A stretch of DNA of 64,000 nucleotides from IMG/VR virus record IMGVR_UViG_3300042465_006773, one strand, 5' to 3'. Positions 1 through 9,597 of the stretch are shown here, in pieces. How positions within the stretch are numbered: the first letter of the stretch is position 1; each line of letters starts with the position of its first letter. A program made the position numbers and the translations under genes. Below the pieces are notes generated by a model that saw nothing but the letters and a program-made list of their open reading frames with translations, was not told the DNA's origin and made no database searches. This DNA comes from a virus.

Positions 1-1404
1 TAAAGAATAGGTATTTGGGTCTATTTTTTGAACATAATCGTCTTGATTATATTCGTAACTATCTAAGCTCGAAAAATCAATTGTTTTATCAGTAAAATTT
101 GTGTCCGTTGATAAAAGATATATTTTATCTGCGGTCATATTTCCAAATGTCTGTTCTTTTACTTTTGTATCAATTTTTAAAACCTGTGTTTTTTTCTGTA
201 TTGTTTTTTGTGGTGGATTAATTGAATCTTGACTAAAAACGATACTTGAACCAGCTGATGTTTTTGACGTTAATTGAATTTTGGATAAGACATATTTTCT
301 ATTTGCAAATTCAGTAGAAGTTGTTACTCGGTTCTTAAATTCTGATGTTGGTCTAAAGAAAAATGGATGTATCTCTAAAAATTGAACAGACTGAGTACCG
401 TCGTTTGTTGTTATTAAGTTAGATAATAATTTATAGGGGACAATACCATCAAAACCATTTTGGTGGATTTCATTTAATTTATTTCTAACGGAATATATGA
501 CTTCATTTAGTTTATTGTTTAACGTTAGACCACTATAACCATTAATATTGTTTAAATTAATTTGAAACGTGTATGTTACACCAGATTCAGATAACAATAC
601 GGTTTCATTTTGTAGTATTTCAGTAAATTCTGTAAAATTATTTGAATTATATTTTGGGATATAAAAATTTGGTTTAACTTGGTAAATGTAAAAATTACAT
701 ATAGTTGGATTGGTTAAGTCATCCAAATCGTATTCGATTATGTATTTTATTATTTTATTTTCTGTTGTTGTTTCTTCTTTTATTTCTTCTGAAAGAAATT
801 TTTTATCTGAAAATTTTTTAAGGTGTAATCTTGCTGATTTTCTCGATACAATTGGGAAACCTCGTGAAATTAATAATTCTTCATTTTTGGTTGCTTTTAT
901 TTTTGAAATTAGTTTACCTGCCCTTAAAACTAAACCTCCGGTTGTAAAGACAATGTCATCACCGTATTTACCTGAAACAGAGTAGTCTTTGTATTTTGAT
1001 AATGCATTTTTTGAATTTTCAGGTAACTCACCTAATTCATTTTTTATAATATCTGACTTCGCTTCAACAGATACACCATATGAAGTATCGGCAATTTGTT
1101 CATTAAAAGTTTGAGAGTTGAAATCAAATCTTGTTGTGAATGGTCCAGCAATGTATTCTTGGTTTACTGTTGTCTTTTCGGTGTCATATCTTATTATTTT
1201 TACTGTTTGTTTAATTTCTGGTATAAAATTAATATTATTCGGTAAAAATGGTATGGCTAAAAATGGGTCATCTTTACTCCATTCTGTATATTCTTTAATA
1301 TTTGATTTTGCACCAACATAATCATCATAGTCTATAACACGTATTCGACCTAAACCTTTTGGGTCATTATTATCAATACAAACACCTAAATCAACTATTT
1401 TCAT
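1..1404 (-). CDS. Baseplate spike/hub protein with gp5/VgrG-like OB-fold N-terminus (partial, runs off window start)
   Basis: Not in the ORF track because it is open-ended. ATG at 1404 overlaps the TGA of the upstream ORF. Begins MKIVDLGVCIDNNDPKGLGRIRV, matching the DP..LGR.RV gp5/Vgr N-terminal motif. Confidence 0.65.
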   Translation of the reverse strand, partial: MKIVDLGVCIDNNDPKGLGRIRVIDYDDYVGAKSNIKEYTEWSKDDPFLAIPFLPNNINFIPEIKQTVKIIRYDTEKTTVNQEYIAGPFTTRFDFNSQTFNEQIADTSYGVSVEAKSDIIKNELGELPENSKNALSKYKDYSVSGKYGDDIVFTTGGLVLRAGKLISKIKATKNEELLISRGFPIVSRKSARLHLKKFSDKKFLSEEIKEETTTENKIIKYIIEYDLDDLTNPTICNFYIYQVKPNFYIPKYNSNNFTEFTEILQNETVLLSESGVTYTFQINLNNINGYSGLTLNNKLNEVIYSVRNKLNEIHQNGFDGIVPYKLLSNLITTNDGTQSVQFLEIHPFFFRPTSEFKNRVTTSTEFANRKYVLSKIQLTSKTSAGSSIVFSQDSINPPQKTIQKKTQVLKIDTKVKEQTFGNMTADKIYLLSTDTNFTDKTIDFSSLDSYEYNQDDYVQKIDPNTYSL

Positions 1405-1619
1405 TTAATTTTTCTATTTTCAATTTCTTCTAAAACTTTAGAATGTAAATTTTCTATTGTTTCTAATTTATGTGTTAAATTAACAATGTAGTTTTTCAAA
1501 TCTTCGTGTTGTTTAAATAAAAATTCTTCCGTTTCAAATAAATCTTTATTTGATTTGTCTTTAACATTTTCAATTACATTAACGAATTTGTCTTTTTCCA
1601 TTTTAGAATTTTTTTCCAA
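1401..1619 (-). CDS. Small coiled-coil hypothetical protein
   Basis: 72 aa ORF packed between co-directional genes; heptad-like C-terminus. True start may be the second Met. Confidence 0.6.
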   Translation of the reverse strand: MEKNSKMEKDKFVNVIENVKDKSNKDLFETEEFLFKQHEDLKNYIVNLTHKLETIENLHSKVLEEIENRKIK

Positions 1620-3576
1620 CTCCCGATATTAATCCCGGTGGTATAATTGCACCACCAGCAACAGGTGGACCGGGTAATGTACCACCTTGTAAAACAATTT
1701 TAACAAACGAATTTGAATCTTCTTCTTCTGTGTGACCATCAATAATTGATTTAACTAAATTACCAATGTCATTAGACTCACCAAACAATGGTCCTGTAGG
1801 TATTCCTGAAGACTCCAATCGATTCATCACATTCATAAACGCCCTATCTTGACTATAACCCGGTAATTTATCTGAAAAAAGTAATAACAAAGACGGAACT
1901 GAAATACTAAGTCTTTGTGAGAGTGCCCCTTCTATTGTTGTCAATATTGTTTGAAAAATTGCATAACAGTTATCAATTCCGTTTTCTAAAATCTTTTTTA
2001 GGAGAGCAATTAATGATGTTATTATTAAAAGATATCTCTTATATTTGTTTTTTAAAATTCTTTGTACTACTTCATTCACAAAAGCCAATAAATCAATTTT
2101 AACGAGTCTCCAAAATTCTCTAATGAACAACCAAAACAAATCAGATACAATCTTGGTAATTGCCTTTTTAAATTTTTTAATTAATTCTTTGGCGTTTAAA
2201 TAAACATTTACCGCCATTGTTTTAAAGATTTTATATAGAATAATTAATGGTAAAAATATCTTTGCGGATATTACTGACATTACCAATACTTTAGGTATGT
2301 AAAGTATAAAATTATTTAGTAATGCATCCAAAAGAATATTGATTGATAACGAACCACCAGATTGTTCAGACGCGTCCCTTGCAACGTTTTCTAAAGATTG
2401 ATTTACTGAGTCTTGTATATTTTTTTCTCTTGATAAAAAAATAAAGTCTTCAACATGCATATCACTTACTGGTATTTCATAGTCATCACAACTTTTAAAT
2501 TTTAAAACTCCTCTATTTCTAGCATCTTCACTATCTAAGTCTATACCTTCAACATTGTCAAAATCAAAATAGAATTCCAAATCTTCGTCATTTTCATTGA
2601 ACATATCGACGGGTGTTTGATTTTTTAAAAGGTCACGATTTGTCCCTCCACAAATTTTTAATAATCTATCAATTAATCTTGAGGAAAAGTTGATTGACTC
2701 TGTAAATTTTTTTGATTCACTACAACTAGCACCGCCATTAATGGTAAATAACATACATTGTTTTACGATATCATTAATATCGGAATATTCCAAAGAGTTA
2801 TAATAGTCTGTAATAAAATCTTGTACATTTACAACACCCGCGGTTCCTCTTGTAAACCCACTAAAAGTAAATTTTTGAGTACCAGCATTCCAAGATGCGG
2901 TAAATAGGTCATTTCCATTATTGGAGGTGTACGTATGGGTTCCACCATTAGCCATTAAATCATAAAGATTTCTATTAAGTTTTTCTTTGTTTTTATCCGG
3001 TGACTTTGATTCATAAACTAATTGACCACATGTTGAATCAGGGTCCAATGTGAAAATATTTAAAAAATCAAATTCATCGGGACTAAGTTGAATTGAATCA
3101 ACGTTAAATACTGATTTTGAACCACATATTCCGTCACCCATAAAAAGTGCCTCCGAAAGTCTATTAATAACAATTTCTTTGGCTTGACCTAATGTTACAT
3201 TTGCAGACGAAATTGCGTGTCTTTTAATTTTAGATTTGGAGGGATTTCTATCAATATTGACGTTTATTCCCCTTCTGTTTGGGTTACTAAAAGATATGTT
3301 ATTTAATTTATCGTTAACCGTTTTTTTGTTTGTTGTGATAAATTGTTCAACAACTTCTATCAGTTCACCAAAAATATCTTTTTTATTGTCTATTTTTCGT
3401 TTTTTCTTATCAAGAAGCGCACTTAATTGTTCTCCTAAAAATTGGTTAGGGTCAGGTATGTTTTTTTGAAAAGCATCCCCAACATTCTCAATTTTTTTTG
3501 TGGAATCGTCAATTATTTTTTTTACAGACTCAATCTTTGCCTGTAATTTTTTTTTTGTTTCTTTAGTTTTACTCAT
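1603..3576 (-). CDS. Hypothetical virion protein with hydrophobic helical region
   Basis: 657 aa; long hydrophobic stretches around aa 410-525; lies in a putative late operon upstream of the gp5-like gene. Confidence 0.55.
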   Translation of the reverse strand: MSKTKETKKKLQAKIESVKKIIDDSTKKIENVGDAFQKNIPDPNQFLGEQLSALLDKKKRKIDNKKDIFGELIEVVEQFITTNKKTVNDKLNNISFSNPNRRGINVNIDRNPSKSKIKRHAISSANVTLGQAKEIVINRLSEALFMGDGICGSKSVFNVDSIQLSPDEFDFLNIFTLDPDSTCGQLVYESKSPDKNKEKLNRNLYDLMANGGTHTYTSNNGNDLFTASWNAGTQKFTFSGFTRGTAGVVNVQDFITDYYNSLEYSDINDIVKQCMLFTINGGASCSESKKFTESINFSSRLIDRLLKICGGTNRDLLKNQTPVDMFNENDEDLEFYFDFDNVEGIDLDSEDARNRGVLKFKSCDDYEIPVSDMHVEDFIFLSREKNIQDSVNQSLENVARDASEQSGGSLSINILLDALLNNFILYIPKVLVMSVISAKIFLPLIILYKIFKTMAVNVYLNAKELIKKFKKAITKIVSDLFWLFIREFWRLVKIDLLAFVNEVVQRILKNKYKRYLLIITSLIALLKKILENGIDNCYAIFQTILTTIEGALSQRLSISVPSLLLLFSDKLPGYSQDRAFMNVMNRLESSGIPTGPLFGESNDIGNLVKSIIDGHTEEEDSNSFVKIVLQGGTLPGPPVAGGAIIPPGLISGVGKKF

Positions 3577-3953
3577 TAGACTTTATAGGTGGAATCCTTA
3601 GTCTCTGAATCATCGTCATTTATTAATTTTTCTAAGATTACTCTATCTTCTTCTGTTAATTGAAGTTTACCACCAGAATTAATGGCATTAGGTCCATAAC
3701 TTTGTTTTAACAGTGCGCTTTGTAATTTTACCAACGATATTTTTTTTTCGGTACAGTCATTTAGAATCTTTTGTTGTTCTTTAATTACCGGACCAATAAC
3801 ACTCATGTCCTCCGAATCTTTCATAAAAGTTAACATCTTTTTTGTAATCATGGATGCGGTGGTTTTTTGTTCCATAATATCGTTATAAATTTCTTGCATT
3901 AATACAAGTGCGGAATCAGTATCTAAGGATATTAGATTTTTATTACGTCTCAT
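3576..3953 (-). CDS. Helical hypothetical protein, possibly terminase small subunit-like
   Basis: 125 aa, two long amphipathic helices; TATTTATA motif 4 nt upstream. The function call is weak. Confidence 0.35.
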   Translation of the reverse strand: MRRNKNLISLDTDSALVLMQEIYNDIMEQKTTASMITKKMLTFMKDSEDMSVIGPVIKEQQKILNDCTEKKISLVKLQSALLKQSYGPNAINSGGKLQLTEEDRVILEKLINDDDSETKDSTYKV

Positions 3954-3974
3954 AATATATAAATAGTAAAAAAA

Positions 3975-4673
3975 TTAATTTATAAAAGTAAACACGATAT
4001 CAACATACATTTTTTTGTATTTTTTCAAAGATGTTCTTATTTCTTTTGTTGATAATGAGGTCATTTCTCTTAATGATAACAGAATCAAATTTTTATTAAA
4101 TTTATTACCATTTCCAATTTGAAAAATTTTATCAAAATTACTAAAAATTTCAATCAATGCATATCCTAATTTTTGTTCATTTTCGGTCATTTCTTCATTT
4201 TCAATAAAGGTTTCTAAATCATTTACGAATTTGATAATGACATCTCTATAATCAATTTCTATTTCATCCATAACATATGAATGTTCAGGACTTTCTTCTA
4301 ATTCCGCTGACACATCTTCATATGAGATTGTTCTATTTGTTTCTTTTGTGTCTTTTTGTATACTACCCATTAAGTAGTTTTTACAAATAGTACCAAAGTA
4401 AGAATATGCCTTGTGATTTTTGGTGTGGTCGAATTTATTTATTTTTGTAATAAGAAAAGACATGGTATCTGAATGTATATCTTCAAATTCCAAATCTTTT
4501 CTATATAACTTATAACGTCGAATAATTGATTCGACCATTATTGTGAGAGGCTCTTTTAAATATTCATTGAATATCTTATTCTTTTCATTGTCGGAATCAG
4601 ATTGTAAATATCTTACTACCGCTTGTTCTTGTTCCTCCCCAAAATATATTTTTTGGGTTCTTTTACGGGGCAT
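3975..4673 (-). CDS. Late-transcription sigma factor, T4 gp55-like
   Basis: KFDHTKNHKAYSYFGTICKNYL resembles the gp55/sigma region-2 pattern FD..K..NPFAYFT.I; 232 aa. Confidence 0.7.
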   Translation of the reverse strand: MPRKRTQKIYFGEEQEQAVVRYLQSDSDNEKNKIFNEYLKEPLTIMVESIIRRYKLYRKDLEFEDIHSDTMSFLITKINKFDHTKNHKAYSYFGTICKNYLMGSIQKDTKETNRTISYEDVSAELEESPEHSYVMDEIEIDYRDVIIKFVNDLETFIENEEMTENEQKLGYALIEIFSNFDKIFQIGNGNKFNKNLILLSLREMTSLSTKEIRTSLKKYKKMYVDIVFTFIN

Positions 4674-4674
4674 T

Positions 4675-5454
4675 TTAATTTTCTACATAATTTATATCTC
4701 TTACGTTTTTAAAGAAAAATTCTTTTTTTGCGGTATCCAACCAAAATTTAACTTCGTTTGAATCTAATTTATCTTTATCTGAGTTTTTATAACTCCAAAA
4801 TAAAGAATCTTCTCTAAAATTAACGTGTTGATAACCCACCCTTGGTATTGTCATAATTTTTAAATTATTAAATGTTAATCTTAATAAAAATTCATAACCA
4901 AAAGTCAGTTTAATGTTTTCTTTCAATTTACCATATTCTTCTATTTTTGATGTTCTATATATACCACCTGATATTTGAAAATTTTGATATTCTAAAAGTG
5001 CCGCATTATCTAATAAACCTTGTTTATCGGTAAAACCGTAAGCCCAAGTCGATTCATTAGTGTAACTTAAAAAGTTACCTTCAACATTTATATCTTTTAC
5101 CAAAGATAGAAAAACATCTACATCTGGATTCTCATTTGAATATTCATTAAATAGGTTTACCCAATTTTTATTATACTCATCGTCAATCTCTAAAATAGAA
5201 AACCATTCGGTTTCACAATTATCAATTCCTAAGTTTATTTGACTACAGAAATCAGTTTTTCCTTTATTTTCTATAATTACACATTCCAAATTTGTTTGTT
5301 CTATTTTTATGTTTGATAATACGTTTTTTGGTGCAACTATTAATAATTTAACATCGTTATAAAATCTTTCAACGGACTTAAATGCATTGTCAAACATTAT
5401 TTTATAATCATCGTTCCATTTGTGAACTGGTAATATTACGGATATTTTTTTCAT
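4675..5454 (-). CDS. Glycosyltransferase family 2 (GT-A fold)
   Basis: N-terminal KISVILPV, N.GIDNC.TEWFSILEIDD acidic motif, GGIYR. Confidence 0.8.
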   Translation of the reverse strand: MKKISVILPVHKWNDDYKIMFDNAFKSVERFYNDVKLLIVAPKNVLSNIKIEQTNLECVIIENKGKTDFCSQINLGIDNCETEWFSILEIDDEYNKNWVNLFNEYSNENPDVDVFLSLVKDINVEGNFLSYTNESTWAYGFTDKQGLLDNAALLEYQNFQISGGIYRTSKIEEYGKLKENIKLTFGYEFLLRLTFNNLKIMTIPRVGYQHVNFREDSLFWSYKNSDKDKLDSNEVKFWLDTAKKEFFFKNVRDINYVEN

Positions 5455-5468
5455 TATACTTATTTTGT

Positions 5469-6554
5469 TTATTTATCCGAATCTAATATTGAATCAAATT
5501 CTTCTTTTAATTTATCAATTGCGTTATTAATATTATCAATTCTTTTATTAATAAAAGAATTAAAAATATTTACAATGTTATTTTCTGTAATATCGGTTGA
5601 ATATGGTAATAAAGTATCTTTCATTTTTTGTTTTACATCATCATTAATCTCAATACCTTCTAGCCATGCTGTTACATATGTACCTAAAATTTCAACAATT
5701 TTAGATTCATCGTATGTCCACATGCCATTTTCTGATAACCAATCAGGTTCATTTTTTGGAATTTTTCCAACAATTGGTACTTCACATTTCATAGATTCTA
5801 AAGGAAATGTTCCAAAGGTTGAATCATCATCAACCCATACAGACACCATACATTCTTTTAATCCGTTCGCAAAATCAACATACGACATATTAACCATGTC
5901 TCTAAATGTAATCCATCTTAAATGTGGGTATTTTATGTAAAATTCAGATATGATTTTTTTATTAATTGACCTATCTTTACACAAAATAGCTATTACGGGT
6001 TTTAATGTAGTTTCATTTTTAGAAAATTCATCTCCAATAATTGGTGGAATAATATGTACTAAACATTCATTAAATAAATTATTTATATATTTTTTTGAAA
6101 ACTCGGTTGTGGTTATTACTCTATCAAATCCATAATCTGACCACCTACTGCCAATTGGTAATGTTTCAAAAATATATTCTTTTTGTTGAATCAACATGAT
6201 TTTAACACAACGTATGTTAGATAAAGATTCTAAAACATTTGAATAATACTCAGGAACAACAATTATATCTTCAATTTTTATTTCTACTCTATCGTCTTTA
6301 ATTGTTACAATTTCCAAATCTGAGTACTTATCTCCCAACCACTGAGAGATACCGGTGTAAGTTTTATCTTCTACTAAAATTTTAGCATTAAAATTTTCAT
6401 TTTTTAGTGTTAATGCTAAATCGTATATGTATTTAACAGATGCTCTTGGGTTATTTTTAGTATCATAAACTAAAAAATATATAACATTTGTTTTGTTGTG
6501 TAAATTTTCTAACGAATTAGATAGTTTTTCAATATTTTCATTATTTTTATTCAT
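5469..6554 (-). CDS. Glycosyltransferase, GT-B fold (GT4-like)
   Basis: DIIVVPE; C-terminal STFGTFPLESMKCEVPIVG is a variant of the EGFGLP.LEAM..G.PV motif. Confidence 0.7.
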   Translation of the reverse strand: MNKNNENIEKLSNSLENLHNKTNVIYFLVYDTKNNPRASVKYIYDLALTLKNENFNAKILVEDKTYTGISQWLGDKYSDLEIVTIKDDRVEIKIEDIIVVPEYYSNVLESLSNIRCVKIMLIQQKEYIFETLPIGSRWSDYGFDRVITTTEFSKKYINNLFNECLVHIIPPIIGDEFSKNETTLKPVIAILCKDRSINKKIISEFYIKYPHLRWITFRDMVNMSYVDFANGLKECMVSVWVDDDSTFGTFPLESMKCEVPIVGKIPKNEPDWLSENGMWTYDESKIVEILGTYVTAWLEGIEINDDVKQKMKDTLLPYSTDITENNIVNIFNSFINKRIDNINNAIDKLKEEFDSILDSDK

Positions 6555-6828
6555 CTTCAGGGATTAATATATCATATTTTATTAGGGTATTAAAAGCAAT
6601 TTTAAATGAAATGGTTAAACCATTTTCTGCAAACGGACCTAATTCGTTGTCAACTTCTGCAAATTCACTTAAAATTCTTTCAACACAAGATTTTATTATT
6701 TCATATTTAAATAAGTTTATTTCAAAAGTTGTTGTGCCGTCTTCATTTTTGACTTCATTGCCTGTTTGACACGTTTGAGTAATCCCATCAACATTGATAA
6801 AATAGTTTTTTCCGAGAATTTCAACCAT
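6547..6828 (-). CDS. Hypothetical protein
   Basis: 93 aa ORF coupled to the downstream glycosyltransferase; overlaps the 3' end of the upstream ORF. Confidence 0.6.
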   Translation of the reverse strand: MVEILGKNYFINVDGITQTCQTGNEVKNEDGTTTFEINLFKYEIIKSCVERILSEFAEVDNELGPFAENGLTISFKIAFNTLIKYDILIPEDE

Positions 6829-7403
6829 AATTTGTTTATTTCTGATAATTTACTAATTTCTAAATCAATTTTGTAGTGATTATTGTAATATGTATTAAAT
6901 TTAATAACTTTTTTGTTTTTTGGACACTTTTCAATAACTTCAAAATCTTCAGTTATCCATACATCGCATTTTTTCCATAAATTATCTATTTCTGAATTAT
7001 TTGAAAAAATGACTTGGTCCATCATTATTCCATTCTTTGAAATAAAAAAAAGAGAAGCAGATTTTGCTTTCCCTTTTTCATTTAACCCAATTAAAGTAAA
7101 ACGAGAATTGGGATGTTCAATAATTAATTTGTTTAAATCTGTTGCCGTTTGACTATAACTTAAACCGGCGTGTCCAAAAATTTCAATAGGAAAATCAAAA
7201 TAAAGAAACTTGATAAATTCATCTACTGACTGAAAAGAATATGAATCCATTATTTTTTGAAAAGATAATGGTTTTGTTTTTACCTTATATTCAAAGGTTT
7301 CTTTTTCCTCCGATTCGGTATTTAAAAAATAATCCTTATAGTGATAGTCGAATTTTTGAACAGTATTTCTTAGAACACCATCAATACTTACAAATATTTC
7401 CAT
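6717..7403 (-). CDS. HAD-fold 5'(3')-nucleotidase-like protein, degenerate active site
   Basis: IFVSIDGVLRN (typical D.DGVL, first Asp replaced), CDVWITED (typical D..IDD), IKFNTYYN. Confidence 0.55.
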   Translation of the reverse strand: MEIFVSIDGVLRNTVQKFDYHYKDYFLNTESEEKETFEYKVKTKPLSFQKIMDSYSFQSVDEFIKFLYFDFPIEIFGHAGLSYSQTATDLNKLIIEHPNSRFTLIGLNEKGKAKSASLFFISKNGIMMDQVIFSNNSEIDNLWKKCDVWITEDFEVIEKCPKNKKVIKFNTYYNNHYKIDLEISKLSEINKLWLKFSEKTILSMLMGLLKRVKQAMKSKMKTAQQLLK

Positions 7404-7440
7404 ACAAAGAATATAACAATAAAATCATTGCATGTAAAGT

Positions 7441-8157
7441 TTAATCGTATCTTCTTAGTATTTCTGTTATTATAGGATTTCTGACGATATCTCTATCATC
7501 AAATTCAAATATACCAACATTTGGTAAATCACCTAATCTTACCTTAGCATCGTATAATCCTGTTTTTGTTTTATCTTTGAATTTATCAGATTGTTCTAAA
7601 TCACCAGAAATAAAAAATTTAGAATTAAAGCCGATTCTTGTTAATAACAGTTTCATTTGAGATGGTGTTGTGTTTTGTGCCTCTTCAAATACTAAAATGG
7701 TATTATCCACATTCCATCCTCTCATGTATGCCAATGCCGCAATTTCAATAAAACCCTCATCTTTAAGTTTTTCTCTCGCGTCTTTACCTATTATTTTATT
7801 TAACAAGTAATAAGATGGGTAGATGTATGGGTCTAATTTTTCTTCTAAACCACCAGGTAATGAACCTAATTTTTCTTCCGCTTCAACAGCGGGTCTAACA
7901 ATGATTATTTTCTCATATTTATTTTTATCGTCCCATAATAAATCAATTGCTCTTTTCATAGCAATATAAGATTTACCAACACCCGCTGGTCCAAAACACA
8001 AAGTTATTTCATTATCAGTTAAAGTTTTCCAATATTCTTCTTGATTCTTTGTTAAGAATTTTTCTTTTGGTTGTTTAATAATATCTCTAATTCTTTGTTT
8101 TTTAGGTGTTTGTCTTTCTTCTGTATTTACTGATAATTTTAATATTGACTTTCTCAA
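7441..8157 (-). CDS. phoH: PhoH-family ATPase
   Basis: GPAGVGKS Walker A, RPAVEAEEKLGSLPG, YMRG, EEAQN, GDLEQSD, IVRNPI. Confidence 0.95.
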   Translation of the reverse strand: MRKSILKLSVNTEERQTPKKQRIRDIIKQPKEKFLTKNQEEYWKTLTDNEITLCFGPAGVGKSYIAMKRAIDLLWDDKNKYEKIIIVRPAVEAEEKLGSLPGGLEEKLDPYIYPSYYLLNKIIGKDAREKLKDEGFIEIAALAYMRGWNVDNTILVFEEAQNTTPSQMKLLLTRIGFNSKFFISGDLEQSDKFKDKTKTGLYDAKVRLGDLPNVGIFEFDDRDIVRNPIITEILRRYD

Positions 8158-8184
8158 TTTATTAATATTTTATATTTTAATTAT

Positions 8185-8790
8185 TTATTTTCCTGTACTA
8201 CCAAACCCACCTTCACCTCGTTCTGAATCCGATAATTCATCAGACTCAATAAATGTGACAGAAGGATACGGCATGATTATTATTTGTGCTATTCTATCTC
8301 CTACTTTGTAATCTATTTCATCCAATCTAATATCATTTTTACCAAAAATTTTTTTAAAAGTTGCTTGAATTTCACCTCTATATCCGCTATCAATTACTCC
8401 CACGCAATTGGTTAATGACAAATCAGTTTTTCTTATTGATGACCTTGGAAACACTAATCCTACATAACCTTTTGGTATTTCCATAGCAATACCTGTTCCG
8501 TATGTAATATCAAATGTGGTATTTGATATTATCTTAGTTGCAACTAAATCCATACCAGCATCGCCGTCTTTTGCGTATTTGGGAATCACTGCATCTGGGT
8601 GTAGTTTTTTTACTTTTACTTCAAATTTATTTACGTCTTGTTCTATTTGTGATTTTATCTCTTGACCAAGATTAGATAAAAGACCGTTTAAGTCATCCAT
8701 AAAACTTGAATCAGTACTTTCTTCTTGCAAAATTTGATTTTCTAACTCTTGCAATTTTTTAATATAATCTTCAATTTGATTTTTTTGCAT
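8185..8790 (-). CDS. dut: dUTPase (trimeric) with N-terminal extension
   Basis: AGMDL, PRSS, GVIDSGYRGEI, DRIAQ, RGEGGFGSTG motifs. Confidence 0.95.
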   Translation of the reverse strand: MQKNQIEDYIKKLQELENQILQEESTDSSFMDDLNGLLSNLGQEIKSQIEQDVNKFEVKVKKLHPDAVIPKYAKDGDAGMDLVATKIISNTTFDITYGTGIAMEIPKGYVGLVFPRSSIRKTDLSLTNCVGVIDSGYRGEIQATFKKIFGKNDIRLDEIDYKVGDRIAQIIIMPYPSVTFIESDELSDSERGEGGFGSTGK

Positions 8791-9343
8791 TTTTTTCTTC
8801 TAAAATTGCTAATTCAAAACCGATTCTAACCACATTAGATAAGTTAGATGCTCGATATTTTACTAATTTATCTTCAGTATCTCTATCTGAATTTAAAATC
8901 GTTTGAAATTCTTCTTCAGATAATTGGATACCAAATCTTAATACATAGTGAATCGACCTTTCATTTGATTTCATTGAAACTTCACTATCGGTAAATTCAT
9001 ACATTTTACCTAAATTCTTTCTATGCCATTCACTTGGGTTTGGTTTGAATAAGAAACTTTTTCCTATTTGAGACAGAAAAACACACTTCAATATTGAAGA
9101 TGGAGTTTGTTTCATATTATCGGGTAAAATATCGTTTGTTTTGACCGCATATTTTGCTGCTTTAAAACACACATTTAATAATCCCCCAGGATAACAACCA
9201 AACATGTCCAAAGACATTGACGATGGTGCTAAAAAAAATTCCTCACCTAAAAAATCTAATAATTCTTGATTAAAAAGATTGTACTTGGCGTTTGTTTCTA
9301 AGAATTTAGCCTTATTTAATTCGATTTGTTCTTTGTTCAGCAT
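8771..9343 (-). CDS. HD-domain-like protein (YhaM-like) with metal-binding residues substituted
   Basis: LAPSS...GCYPGGLLNV...LSQIGK compared with canonical APAS..YH.A..GGL..H...HDLGK. Start reassigned to MLNKEQ at 9343. Confidence 0.55.
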   Translation of the reverse strand: MLNKEQIELNKAKFLETNAKYNLFNQELLDFLGEEFFLAPSSMSLDMFGCYPGGLLNVCFKAAKYAVKTNDILPDNMKQTPSSILKCVFLSQIGKSFLFKPNPSEWHRKNLGKMYEFTDSEVSMKSNERSIHYVLRFGIQLSEEEFQTILNSDRDTEDKLVKYRASNLSNVVRIGFELAILEEKNAKKSN

Positions 9344-9347
9344 TTTT

Positions 9348-9581
9348 TTATTTTTTGTAATATTCAGGTGTGTTTTTTTGGTCGATAATACATTCAATTG
9401 GCATTTTTACAATTGCTAAACTTTCTGAAGCTCTCATGTCTCCAGACCTGTATTTAGAAACAACAAGGGTCGCTTCTTCAACAGAATCTGCTTCAACGAT
9501 GTACTTTAGTTTTTGTAATCTTGGATTACCATTTCTGTCTAAATTTTCGGTTTCATAACCGACGGTTACTAAGTAGTGCAT
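9348..9581 (-). CDS. DUF4494-like small protein
   Basis: MHYLVTVGYE...NG..RLQKLKYIVEADSVEEA resembles Bacteroidota DUF4494. Start reassigned to 9581. Confidence 0.5.
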   Translation of the reverse strand: MHYLVTVGYETENLDRNGNPRLQKLKYIVEADSVEEATLVVSKYRSGDMRASESLAIVKMPIECIIDQKNTPEYYKK

Positions 9582-9597
9582 TTTTTTGTTTTTAAGT

